Source: Pseudomonadota bacterium
Lineage (GTDB): Bacteria; UBA10199; 2-02-FULL-44-16; JBDRGF01
Reading direction: 5' to 3'
Assembly (NCBI GenBank): GCA_043818055.1
Contig: JBDRGF010000090.1
Location: 1 to 14,714, forward strand
Length of the DNA stretch: 14,714 nucleotides
The notes under the pieces were generated by a model, which was not told where the DNA came from, searched no databases, and saw nothing but the letters and a program-made list of their open reading frames with translations. Position 1 is the first letter of the stretch. Each line of letters begins with the position of its first letter. Positions 1 through 5,498 of this stretch are shown here, piece after piece. The position numbers and the translations under genes are program-made.

Positions 1-87
1 ACAGATATTCACAAAGAAAGGAAAAAGAAAAAAAGAAGCAAAAAAAGAAAAAGGAAAGAAAGTTACTACGGCTACTACTATGATTAA
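1..87 (+). CDS. 3' end of upstream ORF (partial): Lys/Arg-rich tail ending in a tyrosine cluster
   Basis: Frame 1 reads TDIHKERKKKKRSKKRKRKESYYGYYYD* with TAA at 85-87. Same strand as the cluster. Identity cannot be determined from 28 residues. Confidence 0.6.
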   Translation, partial: TDIHKERKKKKRSKKRKRKESYYGYYYD

Positions 88-161
88 ATTTTACACCTTA
101 GAAAAATAGAAGATTGGTCTAGACAAACCCAACCACCTTAGAATTCAACTCTTAATTTCAT

Positions 162-190
162 TTGCGAACCTATGAACAATCTGGTAATTT
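162..190 (+). promoter_or_regulatory. Possible sigma70-type promoter giving a near-leaderless transcript of the 200..484 ORF
   Basis: TTGCGA (162-167), 17-nt spacer, TAATTT (185-190) with TG at 182-183 (extended -10). The ATG at 200 has no recognisable SD. Weak match in AT-rich DNA. Confidence 0.25.
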
Positions 191-199
191 CACTTTACT

Positions 200-484
200 A
201 TGAAAAACACAAAAAATATGAATGTTGCTCCAAAGGGGACGACCGGTTATCCGGAGTTGGAAAAGCTGATCGAGACGGAAAATTTCGATGAGCTCAACGA
301 AGACTTCGAAAAGGCGTTTGCTGAGCTCGACGAAATCTCAAGCAAAGGGAAATCCCTTAAAAAATCAAGAGATGCGAAGAAGGCTCTCAAGGCCATAGAG
401 CTCACGATGGAGCTTTTGAAGGAGCTTTTGGCGTTGAAATACCGCCTTCAGGAGGAGCTGAAAAATAAGAAGCAGAAGAAATAG
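200..484 (+). CDS. Small helical/coiled-coil T3SS protein, SctE (YscE/CdsE)-like needle co-chaperone candidate
   Basis: 94 aa, charged, amphipathic helices (AKKALKAIELTMELLKELLALKYRL). Lies directly upstream of a needle-like gene and a TPR gene, matching the yscE-yscF-yscG order. Assigned by synteny only. Confidence 0.55.
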   Translation: MKNTKNMNVAPKGTTGYPELEKLIETENFDELNEDFEKAFAELDEISSKGKSLKKSRDAKKALKAIELTMELLKELLALKYRLQEELKNKKQKK

Positions 485-523
485 CTCAATGAGACTGTAT
501 AACAAATCAAATTTTGCATATAA

Positions 524-595
524 TGTCATTCTGAGTGAAGCGAAGAATCTTGTTAATTCGGATACTTAAGATCCTTCGTTACACTCAGGATGACA
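524..595. repeat. Palindromic REP/MITE-like element (GTCATTCTGAG...CGAAGAATCT / AGATCCTTCG...CTCAGGATGAC type)
   Basis: Arms TGTCATTCTGAGTGAAGCGAAGAATCTT (524-551) and AAGATCCTTCGTTACACTCAGGATGACA (568-595) are imperfect reverse complements. Resembles a widespread intergenic palindrome family. Confidence 0.8.
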
Positions 596-674
596 ATGAG
601 AGTTCGGTTTTTAGGAAGAAAGGGTGAGCATGGGGGATAAAATCCACATTTATTTCATTTTTTTCCATAAATTA

Positions 675-703
675 GCAACATCAGCTATCTCACCGGCCGA
701 TAA
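675..703 (+). promoter_or_regulatory. sigma28-type promoter of the needle-like gene
   Basis: Perfect sigma28 -10 box GCCGATAA at 696-703. GCAAC at 675-679 with a 16-nt spacer, the same arrangement as at 2786-2814. SD AGAGGAG at 711-717. Confidence 0.75.
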
Positions 704-729
704 CTTGATTAGAGGAGAAAAATATCGCC

Positions 730-1233
730 ATGAATAAAGGAATCGAAAAAATAAATCCGCAAGCTATCAAGGCCAGCTCAGCCGGCATGAAGGTGGGAGC
801 ATCCAAGGATTTCAGCTCCTTTATCGGTGCTGTGAACGCCATGGGTCCGGCCGCTGTCACAGCTGGAGACATGTACGCAAAAGTCCCTGCTCAGGCTGTT
901 TTACAGGCCGCATTTTCGGGCGCAGCTCAGTCAGGTAGCGTCGGTGGTAGTACTCCGTATATGGCTTCAGGTACAGTGCCGGGAATGATGGGTGCGGGAA
1001 GCTATGCTGGTATGAAAGGTACCTCCGTTCCCGGTGGAACTGACCCTGTAGGCGCTGACGCTGGAGTCGATCAGGCGACCCTCATGAATACGATGTATCA
1101 GAACAATTTAAAGCTGCTCGAATTGCAGGCCATAATGCAGACGAATATGCAGGCCTGGAATACGAAGTCGAATATATTATCAGCAGATCACCGCGCGCGC
1201 ATGGCGATGATCGAGAAGTTTAGCACGAGATAA
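730..1233 (+). CDS. sctF: SctF-like needle/filament subunit with a long Gly/Ala-rich N-terminal extension
   Basis: C-terminal LLELQAIMQTNMQAWNTKSNILSADHRARMAMIEKFSTR aligns without gaps to the recalled YscF/PrgI C-terminal helix (LQ...YN..S.I...ILQKFP; N..SN...IIQNFR). Sits between SctE-like and TPR genes and has a strong SD. Confidence 0.6.
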   Translation: MNKGIEKINPQAIKASSAGMKVGASKDFSSFIGAVNAMGPAAVTAGDMYAKVPAQAVLQAAFSGAAQSGSVGGSTPYMASGTVPGMMGAGSYAGMKGTSVPGGTDPVGADAGVDQATLMNTMYQNNLKLLELQAIMQTNMQAWNTKSNILSADHRARMAMIEKFSTR

Positions 1234-1338
1234 TAAAAGCAAAGGCGCATCTGGTATATGGTATATTGTATATGGTGAAAACCTGGCAGGGCGGGCTTTT
1301 TACCATATGCTATATGCCATATGCTATGTACCGCTTTT
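1233..1338 (+). repeat. Heptamer-periodic inverted-repeat hairpin (TGGTATA)n / (TATGCYA)n
   Basis: Left arm tggtata tggtata ttgtata tggtgaaaa (1252-1281). Right arm tttttacca tatgcta tatgcca tatgcta (1297-1326). Most mismatches are G.U-compatible on the + strand. Outer aaaagc/gctttt pairing. Confidence 0.85.
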
Positions 1339-1349
1339 AAGGGGGTAAG

Positions 1350-1814
1350 ATGATCGAAATTCCAAGGGAAAAATTGGTTGTGATGATGGAAGCCGGCTAC
1401 CTCTTTTTGGGGATGCAGCGATATAAAGAGGCTCATCAGGTCTTTGAAGGTGTGGCGGCGCTATCTCCTGATAGCGAAGTGCCAGTTGTAGCTCTAGGTA
1501 GCCTCGCCTTTTGTCTGGGCAAATTTAACGATGCGATCAAGCTTTATGACAAGGCGCTCAAAATCGATCCCAATAGCCTCTTTGCCAAGGTATATATGGC
1601 CGAGACCCTCTTCTTCAGTGGAAAGCCTGATAAGGCGAAAAAGCTTCTGGTGGAGGTGAGCACACACGACAGGCATGGTGCGGCTGGAGACTTTGCCCGC
1701 GCTTTGAAGGATGCGATAGATGACGGTTTTACCCCCGAGTCGCTCGAGGGGCACGCGGTAAAGAAAGGTAAAGGCAATGTCAAAACGAAAAAGACCCGCA
1801 AAATTCGTTCTTAG
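1350..1814 (+). CDS. TPR protein, SctG (YscG/CdsG)/LcrH-SycD-like T3SS chaperone
   Basis: About 3 TPR motifs (EAGYLFLGMQRYKEAHQVFEG..P; LGSLAFCLGKFNDAIKLYDKALKIDP; YMAETLFFSGKPDKAKKLL). SD AAGGGGG upstream. Follows the needle-like gene. Confidence 0.75.
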   Translation: MIEIPREKLVVMMEAGYLFLGMQRYKEAHQVFEGVAALSPDSEVPVVALGSLAFCLGKFNDAIKLYDKALKIDPNSLFAKVYMAETLFFSGKPDKAKKLLVEVSTHDRHGAAGDFARALKDAIDDGFTPESLEGHAVKKGKGNVKTKKTRKIRS

Positions 1815-2754
1815 TCTTATTCTCATAGGAATGCTCTTCATCGCGGGATGCAATCGCGTTGCGATATATCACAATCTCTCTGAAGAGGATGCGAATGCGA
1901 TGATCGTCTTGTTGCAGGAAAATGGCATCGAGGCTGAGAAGGTAAGAGAGGTTCAGCAAAACGAGGTCTACTGGTCGGTAGAGGTTTCGAAAGAGGATCT
2001 CTCCCGGGCGAGGCAGCTTTTAGTACATCACAATCTACCGCGACAGAAGGCGCTCGGATTGACCGGCGTCTATAAGGAGAAGGGACTCATCCCGACACCC
2101 GATGAACAGAAGGCGAGATACCTTTTGGCGCTCAAGGGAGAGATAGTCAATTCTCTTTTGAAGATTCCTGAAATAGTCGAAATCGATGTAGTGCTGAATA
2201 TCCCGACGAAAGAAGAATTTTCTGACGATACTGGAAAATCGCAGAAGCGTCCCACCGCCTCTGTCGTAGTGAGGGTATCCCAGACGACCGATGCAAGAGA
2301 GCTGATAACCGAGAGCAAGATCAAGGAGTTCGTGGCAAATTCAGTGGAGGGTCTAAATCCACGTGATGTTGCTGTGATAATCACCTATCTCCCCGGGCCT
2401 GAAAAATTTGTCGCGACTCAGGATTACAGGCTTCCCAAAGGGGCCGCATCTTCAAAGGATGTCGTGAAGGCTAAGGATGAAAAGAGAGAATCAAAGCTCG
2501 TAGGTCTGAATTTAACCGAGGAGTCCAAGGAGCGGTTGAAGATATATCTGCTCATTTTCTTTGTCGCTCTAGTCCTGTTGTCATCGGGCTTGATAATAGC
2601 GATAGTCTATGCCTCAAGGCTGAGGAGAAAATCATCCTCCTCTGAAAGGGGATTGATCCCATCCGACAAGAGATCTGCAGTCGAGGGTGAGGTGCTTGAG
2701 GATGGCGAAGAGGAGCCTCAAGAGGGAGAGGACGACAATATTTTCCCCGAATAA
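1777..2754 (+). CDS. sctJ: T3SS inner-membrane ring lipoprotein SctJ (YscJ/PrgK family)
   Basis: Lipobox IAG-C; IYHNLSEEDANAMIVLLQENGI; LIPTPDEQKARYLLAL; PTASVVV; IKEFVANSVEGLNPRDVAV; C-terminal TM helix and acidic tail. At 325 aa it is too short for FliF. Overlaps the TPR gene by 38 nt. Confidence 0.95.
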   Translation: MSKRKRPAKFVLSLILIGMLFIAGCNRVAIYHNLSEEDANAMIVLLQENGIEAEKVREVQQNEVYWSVEVSKEDLSRARQLLVHHNLPRQKALGLTGVYKEKGLIPTPDEQKARYLLALKGEIVNSLLKIPEIVEIDVVLNIPTKEEFSDDTGKSQKRPTASVVVRVSQTTDARELITESKIKEFVANSVEGLNPRDVAVIITYLPGPEKFVATQDYRLPKGAASSKDVVKAKDEKRESKLVGLNLTEESKERLKIYLLIFFVALVLLSSGLIIAIVYASRLRRKSSSSERGLIPSDKRSAVEGEVLEDGEEEPQEGEDDNIFPE

Positions 2755-2785
2755 GATGAGAATTTGATTTTTTTCTTTGAAAGAC

Positions 2786-2814
2786 GCAACTTTGGGTATG
2801 AAGCCCGCCGATAC
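2786..2814 (+). promoter_or_regulatory. sigma28-type promoter of the 142-aa ORF
   Basis: GCAAC (2786-2790), 16-nt spacer, GCCGATAC (2807-2814). Same architecture as 675-703. Confidence 0.7.
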
Positions 2815-2848
2815 TATATTTGAGACGTAATCAATACCTGGAGAAAAT

Positions 2849-3277
2849 ATGCAATTTAAGTCGATACAACCAAATCTTGTGCGCTATCAGATGAGAATGG
2901 TTCAGGGGGAAAATCCCCACGAACAGGCTCAGAAACGTCCCGGCGCATTTGGCCGGTTTCTTTCAGGCTTTGGCAAGATTATGGGGGCTGTTGCGGCTCC
3001 TCTTTCGTTCATCTTCCCGCCCGCTGCTATAGGTGCTGCTGGTATGTATGGGCTAGGTCAGATAGGTGATCAGGTGCAGGCCCGTGCTTATACGCGCCAG
3101 ATTGAAAATGTTCAGAAGCAAAAGGCCATGCAGATATCCTTCCCGGGTTTGGGTAATGCTCAGGGAAATGTCGATCCGGTGACCTATGGTGTCTCGATGC
3201 AGGATCAACAGGTTACCAATGTATTGTTTCAAAGGGATGCTGCATTGAATGATATGAATCAAAAGCTCCTTAAGTAG
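2849..3277 (+). CDS. Hypothetical protein with a hydrophobic Gly/Ala segment; candidate late T3SS substrate (tip/translocator/filament-associated)
   Basis: 142 aa, SD GGAG at 2840-2843. Amphipathic-hydrophobic stretch GAFGRFLSGFGKIMGAVAAPLSFIFPPAAIGAAGMYGLG. No Sec signal. Has its own sigma28-type promoter. Confidence 0.7.
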   Translation: MQFKSIQPNLVRYQMRMVQGENPHEQAQKRPGAFGRFLSGFGKIMGAVAAPLSFIFPPAAIGAAGMYGLGQIGDQVQARAYTRQIENVQKQKAMQISFPGLGNAQGNVDPVTYGVSMQDQQVTNVLFQRDAALNDMNQKLLK

Positions 3278-3290
3278 AGGTTTGAGGATT

Positions 3291-3695
3291 ATGGTAGAAA
3301 AGGTTAAAAAACAACGTGTTAGCCATCCACAGTTAAAGATAGTTCCTAATGAAATAAGGGACTTGGCCAAGACTTCAGAGGGATCTAAACTTTCAAGAAA
3401 GGGTGAGCTTGCCAGCCGTTTTAAAGAATTGCTGGGTAGAAGGCAGTTTCCTGCTACAGCCGAATTGACCGCTGAAGAGAGGAAGGAGATATTATATGAT
3501 CTCGTCGCTATACGAAAAAAAGGTGAGACCCCATTTATTCCTGAGACCCCAAAAGAGGCCCAGATGTTGAGAGATGGCTTCGAAAGGTATCATAATCTTC
3601 CTGAGAATATGAAAGTGGATCTCACAAGAAAAGGAATTACACCTCAAACCTTCGCACTCTTTTTTTCAATGCTGCAAAAATTTAAGAAGGGCTAA
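3291..3695 (+). CDS. Hypothetical basic helical protein
   Basis: Open frame 3282-3695. ATG at 3291 follows GAGG/GAGGA SD-like sequence and is the likelier start (134 aa). No recognised domain. Confidence 0.65.
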   Translation: MVEKVKKQRVSHPQLKIVPNEIRDLAKTSEGSKLSRKGELASRFKELLGRRQFPATAELTAEERKEILYDLVAIRKKGETPFIPETPKEAQMLRDGFERYHNLPENMKVDLTRKGITPQTFALFFSMLQKFKKG

Positions 3696-3696
3696 T

Positions 3697-3920
3697 CTGG
3701 ATTTCTCATAAAGCAATGAAAAATCCAGGAAATCTCAAATTACAAACTGCAAATTCCAAATAAATTTCAATGATCAAATTTCAAAATATCCAAAACAGTC
3801 TGTTTTATGTGTTTGAACATTGATTTTTTAGTTTGAAGTTTGTAATTTGTGATTTATTTGGGGTTTGGTGCTTGAAATTTGGAATTTCAAAGCATTTCTC
3901 ACTGTTATTATGAGAAATGC
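3697..3920. repeat. Composite palindromic MITE-like element: terminal hairpins enclosing a long heptamer (CAAATTY)n inverted repeat
   Basis: Left hairpin CTGGATTTCTCAT-aaagca-ATGAAAAATCCAG (3697-3728). Right hairpin GCATTTCTCA-ctgttatta-TGAGAAATGC (3892-3920). The two ends are inverted copies of each other. Inner arms 3729-3797 and 3801-3888 pair imperfectly with 7-nt periodicity. Confidence 0.8.
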
Positions 3921-3931
3921 GAGTTTAAGGT

Positions 3932-3949
3932 TGGGGGATTTTCTCCCCA
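3932..3949. promoter_or_regulatory. Palindromic candidate enhancer (bEBP upstream activating sequence)
   Basis: TGGGGGATTTTCTCCCCA dyad, about 85-100 nt upstream of a sigma54 -24/-12 element, with an IHF site in between. Confidence 0.45.
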
Positions 3950-3995
3950 TTTTCCAATAGATTTTCTAAAATGTCTTTTTCCAATTAGTTAAGCA

Positions 3996-4008
3996 AATCA
4001 AATAGTTA
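3996..4008 (+). promoter_or_regulatory. IHF binding site
   Basis: AATCAAATAGTTA is an exact match to WATCAANNNNTTR, has an AT-rich upstream flank and lies between the dyad and the sigma54 promoter. Confidence 0.6.
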
Positions 4009-4034
4009 AGTTTAAATCAGAGGCTATTTCCAAG

Positions 4035-4050
4035 TGGCACGGAACATGCA
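4035..4050 (+). promoter_or_regulatory. sigma54 (RpoN) -24/-12 promoter
   Basis: TGGCACGGAACATGCA matches TGGCACG-N4-TTGCW with one mismatch and correct GG/GC spacing. Lies 30-40 nt upstream of the sigma factor start. Confidence 0.8.
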
Positions 4051-4091
4051 AGCTTAAATCTGCGACCAGATAACTTTACATGGGGGTAGTG

Positions 4092-4994
4092 ATGGCAAGT
4101 TTACCGGCGAAGAAGATGAAAAAAAGAATACCTTCCAAATTGGAGCTTGAGGACAAGGCGCGTCGAAAGGCGGCCGCCGAAGTCACAGCTGCAATCGAGC
4201 ATGGGAAGCGAAAGAGGGGCCCGATTCATTTTACTAAGAAGGAGATGGGTTTGTTGAGAAAGCGCGACGAACTCATCGCACAGTATATGCCCTTTGCCGC
4301 CTCCATCGCGAACAGAGTTTGTCAGACACTCTCATCCGCAGTCGATCATGATGAGGTTATGTGCAACGCGAGATTGGGACTTCTCGAAGCGGCCAAGAGA
4401 TTCGATCCGAAACAGGAGGTCGATTTCAGAACTTACGCGTATTATAGGATCAAAGGCTCGATATATGACGGTTTGCGCCGCAGCGGATGGCTGCCGCGCA
4501 CCTTGTATGCCAAGGTCAGGTTTGAAGAAGCGGCCAGCGAATATCTGCAGAACAAGGCCTATGGCGCTCAGAAGGATGATGTTTTGCTCAGCAAAACAGA
4601 TGAGGAGATAGCCGATACCGTAAACCAGCTGGCATCGATCTATATTGTATCTTTAGAAGGGAGCGAGGAGTGTGAAAACCTTGAAGAGAAGAGCTCGGAG
4701 ATGGATGTCGAACGCAGGGCGGAATTCATGCAGGTTCGTAAATATATGAGGGCTGCGATAGCCGATCTTCCCGACAAGGAGAAGAAGCTGATCATGATGT
4801 ATTATTTTCAGAACAGAACTCTCGAAGAGATAGGAAAGAGGCTAGAGCTGTCGAAGTCATGGGTCTCGAGACTCCATGCGAGGGCGCTTGAGATGATGCT
4901 TAAGAGGATTAAGACGCTCGCTACTCAGACGATAAGCGATAATAGCGAATCGACGTTCGATACATCCGATGTATCCGAGACGTTCGATTTATAA
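4092..4994 (+). CDS. fliA: RNA polymerase sigma factor, FliA/WhiG (sigma28) family
   Basis: Region 2 RDELIAQYMPFA...GLLEAAKRFDP...FRTYAYYRIKGSIYDGLRRSGWLPR. Region 4 AIADLPDKEKKLIMMYYFQNRTLEEIGKRLELSKSWVSRLHARAL. ATG 4092 has a GGGGG SD; alternative start at 4080. Confidence 0.9.
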   Translation: MASLPAKKMKKRIPSKLELEDKARRKAAAEVTAAIEHGKRKRGPIHFTKKEMGLLRKRDELIAQYMPFAASIANRVCQTLSSAVDHDEVMCNARLGLLEAAKRFDPKQEVDFRTYAYYRIKGSIYDGLRRSGWLPRTLYAKVRFEEAASEYLQNKAYGAQKDDVLLSKTDEEIADTVNQLASIYIVSLEGSEECENLEEKSSEMDVERRAEFMQVRKYMRAAIADLPDKEKKLIMMYYFQNRTLEEIGKRLELSKSWVSRLHARALEMMLKRIKTLATQTISDNSESTFDTSDVSETFDL

Positions 4995-5021
4995 TTTTGG
5001 GTAAGTAAACTGGAGAAAATT

Positions 5022-5498
5022 ATGACTGTAATAAGCAAAGTCGGTGCAAAAACTGTTCAAAAGGCTTTTCAGGAGAGCCAAAAGCTCGCGAAGCCGCTCG
5101 ATAACGCAACCACTTTCAAGGATCTTATGAAGCAGGCGGACGATGGCAAAGAGTTTGCCAAGTCGCTGGGTATGAACAACGATGGCGCCGCGAAGACGAT
5201 TGAAACTATCGATGCGAAGGATGTGGCTTTCGATGCCGGCGATCTCACTTCGAATTCAAAGGGTCCGGATGGCAAGGAGAGGTTCGTTGAAATGTTATGT
5301 GAGATAAACAAAGGCCAGATGCACATGGATCAACTGGTTAATCATGTTCTTTACAGCGGAAAGAAATTCACGAATCAGGAGATGCTTGTGATACAGGCTC
5401 ATGTCTATCATTATGCACAGATGACAGAGATGACGGTGAAAGTAGCGGAACAAGGTGTAAACTCTGTTAAGACAGTGCTCAATACACAGGTTCAGTAA
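5022..5498 (+). CDS. sctI: T3SS inner rod protein SctI (YscI/HrpB2-like)
   Basis: C-terminal FTNQEMLVIQAHVYHYAQMTEMTVKVAEQGVNSVKTVLNTQVQ fits the inner-rod pattern (LL.lQ......EL..K........V..L). SD GGAG. Lies upstream of sctK/L/N. Confidence 0.75.
   Translation: MTVISKVGAKTVQKAFQESQKLAKPLDNATTFKDLMKQADDGKEFAKSLGMNNDGAAKTIETIDAKDVAFDAGDLTSNSKGPDGKERFVEMLCEINKGQMHMDQLVNHVLYSGKKFTNQEMLVIQAHVYHYAQMTEMTVKVAEQGVNSVKTVLNTQVQ

Noticed and set aside
3282..3695. 134-137 aa ORF as FlgM anti-sigma factor
   Set aside because: Its position next to the sigma gene is suggestive, but the FlgM C-terminal motif (KV..IK.AI..G.Y) is not convincingly present.
4048..4073. Third sigma28-type promoter (GCAAG...CCAGATAA) for sigma autoregulation
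   Set aside because: The spacer is 13 nt rather than 16 and both boxes have mismatches. It overlaps the much better sigma54 site.
4952..4988. Short direct repeat GACGTTCGAT x2 around the palindrome GATACATC-C-GATGTATC at the sigma gene 3' end
   Set aside because: Short, in frame and within a low-complexity tail. No evidence that it is a mobile element or terminator.
2838..5020. Shared CTGGAGAAAAT at 2838-2848 and 5010-5020 (and GGAGAAAAAT at 714-723) as a special regulatory motif
   Set aside because: Adequately explained as a strong Shine-Dalgarno plus an A-rich spacer. A CsrA-type role cannot be supported from sequence alone.
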